A stretch of 64,000 nt of DNA. Source: Bacteroidota bacterium. Its GTDB lineage: Bacteria; Bacteroidota; Bacteroidia; AKYH767-A; OLB10. Each line of letters begins with the position of its first letter. Within the stretch, counting starts at the first letter, position 1. Of the stretch, positions 11,201 to 20,612 are shown in pieces. The translations under genes and the position numbers were made by a program. The notes below the pieces were generated by a model, which made no database searches, was not told where the DNA came from, and saw only the letters and a program-made list of their open reading frames with translations. The DNA lies in NCBI GenBank assembly GCA_947447155.1, contig CANFIN010000002.1, positions 4,259 through 68,258 of the forward strand, given 5' to 3'.

Positions 11201-14200
11201 GTTGCAGATCCGTTATTTCCGCCATTACAACTTACATTTAATGTTGTGAATGATAATGTCAATGCTGTTGGTTGATTAACTGTTACAGAAGCTGTAGCTG
11301 AGCAATTGTTTGCATCAGTTACAATCACACTGTATGTTCCAGCTGATAAGTTAGTTGCAGAGGCTGTTAATGCAAGATTACTCCATGCATAAGTGTAAGG
11401 AGCTGTTCCGCCATTAGCAGTTACTGAAGCTGATCCATCAGAACCGCCATTACATAATACATTGCTTGATGTTGTCGCTAATGTTAATAAAGCAGGTTCA
11501 GTAATTGTTACCGAAGTTGAATAGCTACATCCGTTAGCATCCGTTACCGTTACGCTATAAGAACCAGCAATTAAATTATTGTTTGATGCAGATGTAACTA
11601 CGTTACTCCAGTTGTATGAATAAGGTGCTGTGCCACCAGTAGCTGTAATGCTTGCTGATCCGTTGTTACCTCCATTGCATGATACATTTGTAGATGAAAC
11701 AGACGCAGTAAGTGCTGTTGGTTCTGCAACGATTACGCATTTAGATAGTATGCATCCGTTAGCATCTGTAATTATTACATGATAAGTTCCAGCGCTTAAG
11801 TTGCTTGATGTTGATGTTTGACTACCGCTAGTCCAAGAATAAGAATAAGGTGCGGTTCCGCCAGCTACATTAACTGATGCAGATCCGTCATTTCCACCGT
11901 TACATGATACATCTGTTTTATTTGTCGTTGCTGTTAATGCAGCAGGTTCAGTAATTGTTACACTACTTGATGTCGTACATCCTTTAGCATCTGTTATAAC
12001 AACTGTGTAAGTACCTGCAGATAAGTTTGTATTAGAAGCATTTGATCCACCCGTATTCCATAAATAGGTATATGGAGCTGTTCCGCCTGATGCTATTACA
12101 ACAGCAGACCCATTGCTTCCACCATTACAAGAAACATTAGTTGAGGATATGCTTGCAGTAAGTTGTGTAGGTTGATTAACTATTGATGTTTTAGTAACCG
12201 TACATAGATTTTTATCTTTTACTGTAATTGTATAATTTCCTGCAGCTAAATTTGATATTGATGCAGTGATTGCGTTATTCGACCATAAGTAAGTATAAGG
12301 AGTTGTTCCACCAGATACTGTTGTAGCAATTGCTCCGTTAGTGCCACCATTACAAGATACATTCGTTACTGTGTTAGAAATAACAATTGGTGTAGGCTGA
12401 GTAATTGTTACACGTTTAACCATTGTACAACCGTTTGCATCAGTAACTGTCACTGTATAAGTTCCTGCGGCACGACCAGTAATATTAGCTGTTATAGCTC
12501 CTGTTGACCATAAATAAGAATAAGGTGCAGTTCCATTTGATACTTTAATTCTTGCCGAACCTGTTGTTCCACCGTTACATTTTACATTAGATTTTGTAAA
12601 GCATGCTGACAACGCAACTGGTTGTGATATGCAATAAGAAGCTTGGTAAGTACATCCTTTGTTATCTGTCACAGTTACCGTATAAGTACCTGCCGTTTTA
12701 CCACTAATCATGTTTGAAGTTGATCCAGTAGACCATTTATAAGTGTAAGGAGCATTACCACCATTTGTAGATGTTATATCAACTGCACCGTTGCTTCCTC
12801 CATTACAAGAAATATTGATTTTATTTACTGTTAATGTAATAGGGTTTGGTTCTGTAATTATAGTTGAGAAAGTTGCTGTGCAACCATGAGCATCTGTTAC
12901 AACAAGTGTATAAAGACCTGCTGTACGTCCAGTTAAATTTGGTCCGTTAATGCCACATGCCCAACGGTATGTATAAGGACTAGTACCACCTGAAGCAGTA
13001 ACTGTTACTGATCCATCATTTCCGCCATGACATGTTACTTGTGTAGTGTTAAATACAACTGAAATAGCAGATGGTTCTGTTACTTGTACATTTAAAGAGC
13101 CTACACAACCAATAGCATCAATAACACTAACAGTATATATTCCTGCTGCTACATTAGAAATCGAATTTGATGTTGAATTATTATTTGTCCAAGAATAGCT
13201 AAATGGAGCAGTGCCACCATTAACTGAAACTTGTGCGCTTCCATTATTTCCACCGTTACACAAAGGTTGTGTTATAGTTGAATTAATAACTAATTGCGGC
13301 CCTTGGTTAATTGTTAAAGATGATATCGTTGAGCATCCATTAGCATCAGTTACTGTTACTGTATAATTTCCAGCAATTAAGTTAGAGACTGATGATGTTA
13401 GATTACTAGTGTTCCATAGATAAGAATAAGGAGTAGTTCCTCCAATCGCGGTAACGCTAGCATTACCATTGTTACCGCCGTAGCAGGTTACGTCGTTTGA
13501 TGAAGTTGTTGCAGTTAATATTGCTGGTTGAGTTACCGTTGCAGATGTTGAATTTGAACAACCATTCGCATCAGTAACTGTATAGTTATAAGTTCCAGCA
13601 TTAACAGTGAAAGATCCTGTTCCTGTGTAAGGGGCAGTACCACCATTAGCAGTTACATTTACTGTTCCGTTTCCACCATTACATAAAGCATTATTAACAC
13701 TTGTTGAAGCAGCTAAAGCAGATGGTTCATTTACGGTTGCAGATGTTGAAGTTGAACAGCCATTCGCATCAGTAACTGTATAATTATAAGTTCCAGCAGT
13801 AGCAGAGAAAGAACCTGTCCCTGAATAAGGAGCAGTACCACCATTAGCAGTTACATTTACTGTTCCGTTTCCACCATTACATAAAGCATTATTAACACTT
13901 GTTGAAGCAGCTAATGCAGATGGTTCAGTTACGGTTGCAGATGTTGAAGTTGAACAACCATTCGCATCAGTAACTGTATAATTATAAGTTCCAGCAGTAG
14001 CAGAGAAAGAACCTGTCCCTGTATAAGGAGCAGTACCACCATTAGCAGTTACATTTATTGATCCGTTTCCACCATTACATAACGCATTTGTTACACTTGT
14101 TGAAGCAGCTAAAGCAGATGGTTCATTTACGGTTGCAGATGTTGAAGCTGAACAACCATTCGCATCAGAAACTGTATAGCTATAAGTACCCGCAGTAACA

Positions 14201-16011
14201 GTAAAAGAACCTGTCCCTGTATAAGGAGCAGTTCCTCCATTAGCAGAAATATTTACTGTTCCGTTTCCACCATTACATAACACATTTGTAGTTGAAGCAC
14301 TAGCAGTTAATGCTGTAGGTTCGTTGATTGTAAAACTTAATACTTTACTACACCCATTAGCATCTGTAATTGTCACGCTATAATTTCCAGCTGTTAATGT
14401 ATTTATATTTTTTGTTGTTGGCCCATTAGACCATACATATGAGTAAGGCGATGTTCCGCCATATACTGTTAATGAAATTGATCCATTATTTCCACCTTTA
14501 CATGTAACATTTGAAGTTGTTCCAGATGCATTTAATGCAGATGGTTGTGATAAAGTTAATGTAGTAGAAGTGGCACAACCATTTGCATCAACTACGTTAT
14601 ATATGTAAGTCCCACTGATTTCAGTAAAAGTTCCCGTGCCGTTGTAAGGAGAAGTACCTCCATTTGCATTAACAACAACATCTGTATTGTCGCCATAGCA
14701 AGCTATAGGAGGACATGATGCAGTTGCCGTTAACATTGTTGGTTCAGTTACACTAACAGGTTGCGTAGCCGCACATCCATTAGCATCTGTTACATTGTAT
14801 GAGTAGTTTCCTGCGTTTACATTGTAGTTTCCTGTTCCGTTATAAGGAGCAGTACCACCATTCGCATTTATGGTTACCGTTGAATTACCACCGTTACATG
14901 CAACTGGAGTTGCTGTTGATGAAGTAACTAATTGTGTGGGCTCTGTGATAACGAATGTAGAGCTTGCATTACAACCATTAGCATCTGTAATGTTGTATGT
15001 ATAAGTTCCTGCATTTAAGTTGAACATTCCAGTTCCACTAATAATACCTGTTCCTCCAAAACCTACAACATTTACAGCTGTCGTTTGTCCCTTACATAAG
15101 ATCGGATTGTAATCGATATTTACAATTAATGGGTCAGGTTGAGTAATTGTAAATGTTAATACAACAGGGGCAGTAAAGCCATTCGCTGAAGAGTAATCTT
15201 TAATTGTTACTGTGTAAGTACCCGCTCCTAGATTCGCAAGATTTTGTGTAGTTGGTCCATTACTCCACTTATAAGAGTAAGGAGGTAATCCATTTGTAGG
15301 CGTGATGTTTATTGATCCAGTATTTGAATTTCCACAATTTGCATTTAATCTATTACCAGATGCGGTCATAGGACAAACTAAATAATCTCCTGTAACATTT
15401 CCATCAATATAGTTAGCATTAACTTTAGTAACTGCAGCGTTTAATAATGCGCATGTATATGCAGAGTTTACTGTGCAACCACCAATTTTTGCATTAGCAG
15501 TATCAAATAACATTTTTACTGTCCATCCTTTAAACGCACCAGAATCAATTAATAAATCTTTTAGATTCCCAGATGCTGGTGACCAATTTGGATCCCATTG
15601 ATCAAAGCCTAAGTTAAGTGCCAGACTCGCAAGGTTACCCGCAAATAAGTTGCTTTGCCATGAATTACACGTTGGAGAAACAGTTCCTGTTCGTCCTGGG
15701 TTTACTGAATTTCCAGCAGGTAGTGGATTAATACCACTAGTTTGAGGTAAGAAATCCTTAACTGCCTTTGCATTAGTCAGGAGTAAAGTGTTTGTGCAGC
15801 CAATGGTTAAACCGTTTGGAAATGCCAAAGCAAAATTATTAGTCAGGTAGTTTGAAACAGCAGAATAAGATGCTGAATTCGTGTTTGTACATGACCATTG
15901 ATTTTGTGTCTGAGTATGGTACCCAGGACAAGATGTGAACGTTTGCGCATAGCCCGTAATTGACGATACAAGCACAAACATCACCAATAAAAATTTGGTT
16001 AGTTTTTTCAT
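8230..16011 (-). CDS. Giant SprB-repeat adhesin-like T9SS cargo protein (2593 aa). It has a signal peptide, dozens of ~66-80-aa SprB-type repeats, one inserted non-repeat beta-sandwich/lectin-like domain, and a T9SS type A C-terminal sorting domain.
   Basis: N-terminal MKKLTKFLLVMFVLVSSITGYAQ. The recurring unit is CNGG.NGS..V.A.GGT.PY.Y.WSNG......L.AG.Y.VTVTDANGC. The C-terminus (NEVFPVPCNDHLSVVL...ISIEKGGERTTGRIIIQH) resembles a Por_Secre_tail. Confidence 0.85.
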   Translation of the reverse strand: MKKLTKFLLVMFVLVSSITGYAQTFTSCPGYHTQTQNQWSCTNTNSASYSAVSNYLTNNFALAFPNGLTIGCTNTLLLTNAKAVKDFLPQTSGINPLPAGNSVNPGRTGTVSPTCNSWQSNLFAGNLASLALNLGFDQWDPNWSPASGNLKDLLIDSGAFKGWTVKMLFDTANAKIGGCTVNSAYTCALLNAAVTKVNANYIDGNVTGDYLVCPMTASGNRLNANCGNSNTGSINITPTNGLPPYSYKWSNGPTTQNLANLGAGTYTVTIKDYSSANGFTAPVVLTFTITQPDPLIVNIDYNPILCKGQTTAVNVVGFGGTGIISGTGMFNLNAGTYTYNITDANGCNASSTFVITEPTQLVTSSTATPVACNGGNSTVTINANGGTAPYNGTGNYNVNAGNYSYNVTDANGCAATQPVSVTEPTMLTATASCPPIACYGDNTDVVVNANGGTSPYNGTGTFTEISGTYIYNVVDANGCATSTTLTLSQPSALNASGTTSNVTCKGGNNGSISLTVYGGTSPYSYVWSNGPTTKNINTLTAGNYSVTITDANGCSKVLSFTINEPTALTASASTTNVLCNGGNGTVNISANGGTAPYTGTGSFTVTAGTYSYTVSDANGCSASTSATVNEPSALAASTSVTNALCNGGNGSINVTANGGTAPYTGTGSFSATAGTYNYTVTDANGCSTSTSATVTEPSALAASTSVNNALCNGGNGTVNVTANGGTAPYSGTGSFSATAGTYNYTVTDANGCSTSTSATVNEPSALAASTSVNNALCNGGNGTVNVTANGGTAPYTGTGSFTVNAGTYNYTVTDANGCSNSTSATVTQPAILTATTSSNDVTCYGGNNGNASVTAIGGTTPYSYLWNTSNLTSSVSNLIAGNYTVTVTDANGCSTISSLTINQGPQLVINSTITQPLCNGGNNGSAQVSVNGGTAPFSYSWTNNNSTSNSISNVAAGIYTVSVIDAIGCVGSLNVQVTEPSAISVVFNTTQVTCHGGNDGSVTVTASGGTSPYTYRWACGINGPNLTGRTAGLYTLVVTDAHGCTATFSTIITEPNPITLTVNKINISCNGGSNGAVDITSTNGGNAPYTYKWSTGSTSNMISGKTAGTYTVTVTDNKGCTYQASYCISQPVALSACFTKSNVKCNGGTTGSARIKVSNGTAPYSYLWSTGAITANITGRAAGTYTVTVTDANGCTMVKRVTITQPTPIVISNTVTNVSCNGGTNGAIATTVSGGTTPYTYLWSNNAITASISNLAAGNYTITVKDKNLCTVTKTSIVNQPTQLTASISSTNVSCNGGSNGSAVVIASGGTAPYTYLWNTGGSNASNTNLSAGTYTVVITDAKGCTTSSSVTITEPAALTATTNKTDVSCNGGNDGSASVNVAGGTAPYSYSWTSGSQTSTSSNLSAGTYHVIITDANGCILSKCVIVAEPTALTASVSSTNVSCNGGNNGSASITATGGTAPYSYNWSNVVTSASNNNLIAGSYSVTVTDANGCSYSTSVTITEPALLTLATTSSNVLCNGGSDGSASVTANGGTAPYTYAWSNLALTASATNLSAGTYSVIVTDANNCSATASVTVNQPTALTLSFTTLNVSCNGGNNGSATAYVNGGTSPYTYAWSNGGSTATNNNLIAGTYTVTITDANGCSIISNNPISNTILDRYSNYEYKFAPAPSGWNTTTGGWSTGDAPFGNVTAGSQAAAQYNSLFNYTTYWPADIADGMDLFVRKTIDLSEYDLNSINWFLGVDNGYALYINGNLVSSGNAEGYTYEWEYSGTIPSQYLVQGNNIIAVALEDHGGLTAFDMKITGTPNATSSSNSVVITEPTLLTGTTTSSNVSCYGGNNGSASVTADGGTAPYSYLWSNNNQTSTANDLTAGNYSVVVTDANGCTYTSSVTISQPTTLTISMSKTNVSCNGGANGSATATVNGGVAPYTYVWSNTASTSSVSGLTAGTYSVVVTDANGCTISGSVTITEPTALQESSTSTNVTCNGGDNGTGTITVSGGTAPYSYLWSNGNTNAFANGLPAGSYAVTATDANGCTIIGHVNITQPTAIAIAITKTTITCFGGNNGSANASVTGGVAPYSYLWSSGETTSSISNKIAGNYTLIVTDANGCTMTKCVYIMQNTQITATAAISNVTCNGGTNGSAVLTTTGGTAPYTYAWVGGGTGNSISNKTAGIYNVLITDVNGCTNYKCVTITQPTAIGLTTTKTNAINATSATGSASVSATGGTGAYTYLWSSGANTPSITNKLPGTYTVTVTDANGCSASATVTICSTSSLALTTSQTNVTCNGGSNGSSTVSATGGNGVYTYLWSNGSTTNSINNISAGTYTVTVTDGNGTNNSATVIITQGATITVNGTKSNITCNGGTNGGVVTTVSGGSGSYTYLWSDLSTASTISNKVAGTYTVTATDANGCSGSKAFVLTQPTPIVVSITTTASSTGSCSGTATAVVSGGAVSPISYLWNTGSLTNVASALCSGSTATVTVTDANGCTKSKSSGVISCGSSTSRTDGSSLIINEVFPVPCNDHLSVVLNGESNDEFVVTIMDIEGRILTQQLHVLSSNKDVLDINTLNLASQVAIISIEKGGERTTGRIIIQH
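13538..14329 (-). repeat. Four consecutive, nearly identical 198-nt (66-aa) tandem repeat units inside the SprB-like gene.
   Basis: The unit GTTGCAGATGTTGAAGTTGAACA.CCATTCGCATCAGTAACTGTATAATTATAAGTTCCAGCAG... restarts at 13538, 13736, 13934 and 14132 with only a few mismatches. The encoded unit is EPSALAASTSVNNALCNGGNGTVNVTANGGTAPYTGTGSF.ATAGTYNYTVTDANGCSTSTSATV. Confidence 0.9.
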
Positions 16012-16054
16012 GATGGTTTTGATTTTAATATTGTTTATTCCTTTTTAGAGATGG

Positions 16055-16062
16055 CAAATGTA
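16055..16062 (-). promoter_or_regulatory. Candidate Bacteroidota sigma-A -7 element (TAnnTTTG) for the giant adhesin gene.
   Basis: The minus strand reads TACATTTG about 34 nt upstream of the ATG at 16011. The -33 TTG is weak or absent. Confidence 0.3.
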
Positions 16063-16689
16063 GATATAGTAATCGGTTAAATACTTTAATTTATCAACCA
16101 ACTTATCAACAAAAATGTTAATAAGTTATTTATTTAAATATGTAATATATAGTCTTTTAATTGATTTAAATGATTGATATTCAGTTGTAAATGTAATTAT
16201 AAAAATGATTTTTGTCTTTTTACCAAAATACAATAACTGTGTTAATTGATGTGTATTAAATAAATAATTAAAAAATTAATATTCAATTATCGCATTTTGT
16301 TAGGTTTTATTTAAATCCACAATAAAGTAATAATATAAACTTTAATGAGTAATATGTAAACATAACGTTATAATTATTGCCTAATCGAATTTTTTTGTTA
16401 TTCGAACCTAATTATTGTAAATACTTTTTTCGGCAAATAATTAAATGAATTTGATGATTTTTGAAAAATCAATGTTTTGCGTTGATCTTTCTGTAATTCA
16501 GTAATTGATTTTTAAAAAGGGCCCAGTTAATGGACAAATAAAAATTTAAAAAGCCCAATTTAATTTGTCAAATGCAATAAGATTAATAGTAAAATGGTCT
16601 TGTCCCTTTTTTAAAAATACAATATGTCGCTTAGCGACTTACATTTTATTCTATCATTCCGCTCCAACAAGTTTGGCTCATTCTATTAA

Positions 16690-16722
16690 TCACATGCCCT
16701 AAAAAAGGGCATGTGATTTTTT
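16690..16722 (+). terminator. Orphan plus-strand rho-independent terminator hairpin in the long intergenic region.
   Basis: CACATGCCC-TAAAAAA-GGGCATGTG is a perfect 9-bp stem. It is followed by ATTTTTTAAT. There is no plus-strand CDS upstream. Confidence 0.55.
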
Positions 16723-16868
16723 AATGGAGGAGAGTCAGGGATTATTTCCGTTGTTCAAGTTTGCAATGTGAAAGTCTAGAAAGTTTAAAATCAAACCCTA
16801 ACGTAAATAACACTCCATTTTAATAGAATTATTTTTCTAGAATAGAAAAATGTTTTAATTTCGACCCC

Positions 16869-16956
16869 GGAGAGTTGGCAGAGTGGTCGATTGCGGCAGT
16901 CTTGAAAACTGTTGACTGTTACAGGTCCGGGGGTTCGAATCCCTCACTCTCCGCCA
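16869..16956 (+). tRNA. tRNA-Ser, anticodon UGA, class II with a long variable arm, CCA encoded.
   Basis: Acceptor stem GGAGAGT/ACTCTCC. D-stem GCAG/TTGC. Anticodon stem GCAGT/ACTGT with loop CTTGAAA (anticodon TGA). 16-nt variable arm. T-arm GGGGG-TTCGAAT-CCCTC. Discriminator G followed by CCA. 88 nt. Confidence 0.9.
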
Positions 16957-16966
16957 GATAACATCA

Positions 16967-16992
16967 ATGCCCCTTATGGGGCATTTTTTATT
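16967..16992 (+). terminator. Rho-independent terminator after tRNA-Ser.
   Basis: ATGCCCC-TTAT-GGGGCAT followed by TTTTTTATTTT. Confidence 0.75.
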
Positions 16993-17145
16993 TTGTGGTT
17001 CAGCAATACGAATAATCCCGTATTTGATTTAGAAATAAAGCGTTGATTTAATTAAAGCCAACTAGTCTGAGTGAATAGAACGATTCTCTTACCACAAGTT
17101 TGAACTCGAACGCAAAAGCCTATATTTGATAAAAAACAATATTTT

Positions 17146-18072
17146 ATGCTCACAGGAACACATGTGTCAATAGATGATAATCGTAATAATGATGTCCTTA
17201 TTTACATTAATGGCGATTTATTTCATCGGAATGAAGCAAAAATTTCTGTTTTTGATAGCGGTTATCTAGTAGGCGATGGAATATGGGAAGCCGTGCGCCT
17301 ATATAATGGAACACTCGTTTTTATTGACCAACATCTCGAAAGACTTTATTCAGCGGCAAAATCAATTGGACTTGATCTTAAATTATCCAAGATTGAGCTC
17401 ATCAGTGAGATTTACAAAATGCTGAAGGCTAATAGTATGGAAACTGATGTGCATGTAAGAATTATGTTCACACGAGGTACCAAGAAAACACCCTCTCAAG
17501 ATCCAAGGTATACTATCAGCGGTCCGAACCTCGTAATTATTGCTGAATACAAAAAAGCATCGGAAGAGGTTAAGAAAAACGGAATCAAACTCTTTACTTC
17601 TACAATTAGAAGAGGTTCTCCTGATTATCTCGACCCAAGACTTAATTGTCACAGTAAACTTCACGAAGTGCAAGCGTTAATTCAGGCACTTGAGGCGGGT
17701 GCTGACGAAGCTCTAATGCTTGACCAACACGGATTTGTGGCAACTTGCAACTCGACTAACTTTTTTGTGGTTAGAAATGGTGCGGTATGGACATCCACTG
17801 GTAAATATTGTATGAACGGAATAACACGGGCCAATGTTATTGCAATTTGTAAGATGAATCAAATTGAAGTTCATGAAAAGGACTTTTCCTTGTTTGATGT
17901 TTATAGTGCTGATGAGTCATTTACAACAGGAACATTTGGTGGATTAACGCCTGTGATAAAAATTGATGGACGTGTAATAGGAGAGGGTATGCCAGGTCCT
18001 ATCACTGAAAAATTAAATATGCTTTACAAGAATTTGATAGAAGAAGATGTAACGCGTTCTAAAAACAATTAA
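17146..18072 (+). CDS. Aminotransferase class IV (branched-chain / D-amino-acid aminotransferase fold type IV).
   Basis: FDSGYLVGDGIWEAVRLYNGTLVFIDQHLERL and the overall 308-aa architecture are typical of PLP fold-type IV enzymes. Confidence 0.75.
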   Translation: MLTGTHVSIDDNRNNDVLIYINGDLFHRNEAKISVFDSGYLVGDGIWEAVRLYNGTLVFIDQHLERLYSAAKSIGLDLKLSKIELISEIYKMLKANSMETDVHVRIMFTRGTKKTPSQDPRYTISGPNLVIIAEYKKASEEVKKNGIKLFTSTIRRGSPDYLDPRLNCHSKLHEVQALIQALEAGADEALMLDQHGFVATCNSTNFFVVRNGAVWTSTGKYCMNGITRANVIAICKMNQIEVHEKDFSLFDVYSADESFTTGTFGGLTPVIKIDGRVIGEGMPGPITEKLNMLYKNLIEEDVTRSKNN

Positions 18073-18074
18073 CC

Positions 18075-18809
18075 ATGTCAACTAAAAGACTTTGCCTTTG
18101 GTCAGGACCAAGAAATATATCTACAGCACTAATGTACTCTTTTGCACAGCGCCCAGATACAGTTGTATTTGATGAACCACTTTATGGATATTATTTAAAT
18201 CAGACCAGCGCAAAAGAATATCATCCAGGCGCAAATGAAGTTCTTAATGCAATGGAATGTGATGGCGATAAGGTCGTGGAATTTATGATGGGAGCGTTTC
18301 CATCCGAAGTGGTGTTTTTAAAAAATATGTGTCATCATTTACTCGACTTGGACAGGATATTTATGATGGATACCTTTAATCTTATTTTGACACGACATCC
18401 TGCACAGGTTATTGCATCTTTTTCAAAAGAAATCCCTAATCCTAGTTTGTTAGATATCGGCATTAAAACGCAAGCTGAATTATTGCATGAATTGCAAAAT
18501 AGTAACGCCCATTTTTTGGTTATCGATTCTAATGAACTTTTAAAATCTCCAGAGCAATATTTAAAATCATTGTGTCAAAAACTAGACATTCCTTTTTTTA
18601 ATAATATGCTCACATGGGAGAAAGGTCCTAAAGCTTATGATGGTTGCTGGGCTCCTCATTGGTACAATAATGTTCATCAGTCAAAAGGCTTTCAACCTTA
18701 TGAAGAAAAGTCATTTAGCGTACCTGACCATTTAATCGATTTGCTCAATGAAGCAATGCCTTATTACAATGAGTTGTTGTTACATTCTTTAAAGCTAACT
18801 AACAACTGA
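18075..18809 (+). CDS. Hypothetical P-loop-like protein, possibly an Stf0-type sulfotransferase-like protein. It is translationally coupled to the aminotransferase.
   Basis: The N-terminal RLCLWSGPRNISTALMYSF resembles the PAPS 5'-phosphosulfate-binding loop of Stf0-like sulfotransferases (PRSGST). The start lies 3 nt after the upstream stop. Confidence 0.35.
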   Translation: MSTKRLCLWSGPRNISTALMYSFAQRPDTVVFDEPLYGYYLNQTSAKEYHPGANEVLNAMECDGDKVVEFMMGAFPSEVVFLKNMCHHLLDLDRIFMMDTFNLILTRHPAQVIASFSKEIPNPSLLDIGIKTQAELLHELQNSNAHFLVIDSNELLKSPEQYLKSLCQKLDIPFFNNMLTWEKGPKAYDGCWAPHWYNNVHQSKGFQPYEEKSFSVPDHLIDLLNEAMPYYNELLLHSLKLTNN

Positions 18810-18830
18810 AATATTTATTTATAATTGCAA

Positions 18831-20423
18831 CTACTTTAAGTCAATGAGTTCATATCTTACATAAGAACTCGAATTTATCACGTTGTTGTAATCAATTAAT
18901 GGTAATAAGAACGATCCATTTATAGTTAGGAAATTTTCGACTATAAAAAGACTCTCTTTTTTAAGAGTTGTAGATGTTCCGAAATAAACATTACTAATTC
19001 CTTTTTCATTCATCTCAACAAAAGACATATCGTTTCCTTTTTGTTTTGCATCATCGTATTTCGTCTTATAAGGACTAAGTGAGCTAGCCTCAATATTTTT
19101 AGCATCAGGAATGCCTAAACACATATAAGTATTGTTATTCTTTTGGTATTTATGAATACCAGTTTTTGCTGATCCTACATTTCGTGTAGTGTTGACAAAA
19201 AAATGAGAAGTAGAAATGTCATTATTTAAAATATTGAAAGCAATAATTCCAACATTGTCAGATAGAATAGACATTTCAGGACTATAACCAACAACCTTGA
19301 AAGCATTAAAGAAAAACAGTAATGAACTTCCATTTCGATCAATGGAGTTAAATCCATAATCGCACTCAATAGGACTCTTTCCTTTATTACTTGATTTGAT
19401 TTGATCGTTTAATTGATCACTGAAGTATTGCTCTTTTTGTGATATAGTTTTTAATTCATTGCTATTAATGGAACATGTAAAGAATCCACATTTCTTTTGC
19501 TTAAAATCTTTGAAAACACCTCCCAATGAAATTTTATTGTTCGGTAAAATCTGATACGATAATTCATTGGCGGTTTCAATATACACTTTTCCAGCATTTG
19601 AAAGATTGTATTCTTTTATTTTGAAATACAAAGAACTATTGATGATAGCCTGATTGGCTAATGTAATAGGCAAAAATTGAGGTTCAGTAGCCGATGATTT
19701 TAATATGCAAAAATTATTTTTTACGATTTCATTAGTAAGGTACGAAGAAAGATAAAAAATATTTCCGTCATTGTCGATCTGATAATTATAAGTAAGTGAA
19801 GCGATGTTATTGTATTTATTCGGAATGGTTTTTTCAGATACTTTTTTAAAATCATCTGCATTCAGAATAGCAACAGTCGTTTCTTCGTTTTTCTTTTTAT
19901 CTAGAAACCTATTAGTCACAAGAATTTTTGAGCTGTCAGTTGAAAACGAAAAATAAAAATCTCTGCCTCCAAAGTCAAATATTCCAGATTTTATTCTTAC
20001 TTCTTTGATTGGCGAATCTTTAATTTCTCCACTAGCGGAAATAGTTTTAATATTTAAAGCTTTTGTTTTGTCTGATTTCTCCCAGGTAGAATAAAAAACT
20101 ACTATTTTATGATTCAAATAATAAATACCCTCAACAGGTTCAGATGAAACATTTAATGAAAAATCCTTAGACCAGATTTTACTTATTGTCTTATTATTAA
20201 ATTTTTGAATAGTGAATTTTTTCATCATGCTCGATCCCATTCCTTGATTAGTAGATAGAACATAAAAACCTTCATCGTCTGCACCAATCACCTCGGTTAC
20301 GTATTCTCCTGTGGCAAGTTTAAACTCTGCGCTCGACTTACTTACAACAGCAGATTGTGCATTGCATTCATGAATTGATGGAATAAAAAATAATAAAGCA
20401 AATGAAATAATTAGTGTTTTCAT
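18831..20423 (-). CDS. Hypothetical secreted protein (530 aa, N/K/S-rich). No recognisable domain.
   Basis: Signal peptide MKTLIISFALLFFIPSIHECNAQ. Long clean ORF. Confidence 0.6.
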   Translation of the reverse strand: MKTLIISFALLFFIPSIHECNAQSAVVSKSSAEFKLATGEYVTEVIGADDEGFYVLSTNQGMGSSMMKKFTIQKFNNKTISKIWSKDFSLNVSSEPVEGIYYLNHKIVVFYSTWEKSDKTKALNIKTISASGEIKDSPIKEVRIKSGIFDFGGRDFYFSFSTDSSKILVTNRFLDKKKNEETTVAILNADDFKKVSEKTIPNKYNNIASLTYNYQIDNDGNIFYLSSYLTNEIVKNNFCILKSSATEPQFLPITLANQAIINSSLYFKIKEYNLSNAGKVYIETANELSYQILPNNKISLGGVFKDFKQKKCGFFTCSINSNELKTISQKEQYFSDQLNDQIKSSNKGKSPIECDYGFNSIDRNGSSLLFFFNAFKVVGYSPEMSILSDNVGIIAFNILNNDISTSHFFVNTTRNVGSAKTGIHKYQKNNNTYMCLGIPDAKNIEASSLSPYKTKYDDAKQKGNDMSFVEMNEKGISNVYFGTSTTLKKESLFIVENFLTINGSFLLPLIDYNNVINSSSYVRYELIDLK

Positions 20424-20612
20424 GAATGATGATATTTGGGTTTCTTCAATATTAAAACACTTTAACCATGTAACTAAAACAGGTGTGTTTTGATGGGGTC
20501 AAAAATAGCTAAATTAATGGAGAGAAAAATTTTTAGCCGATTGGATTTTCACTACTTTGTTTGAGAGATTAATACGTTTAATTTTCCTAACTTTATCGCA
20601 CATTATTTAGCT

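Noticed and set aside
13538-14329. Possible CRISPR array, because of regularly spaced near-identical repeats.
   Set aside because: The repeats are 198 nt and contiguous, with no spacers. They are in frame within a coding sequence and encode SprB repeat units. No cas genes were seen.
17383-17673. 96-aa minus-strand ORF inside the aminotransferase gene.
   Set aside because: It is antisense-embedded, and the aminotransferase frame is clearly the real one.
16869-18100. Integrated element at tRNA-Ser.
   Set aside because: No integrase, no duplicated tRNA 3' segment and no phage or ICE genes follow the tRNA. The downstream genes are metabolic.
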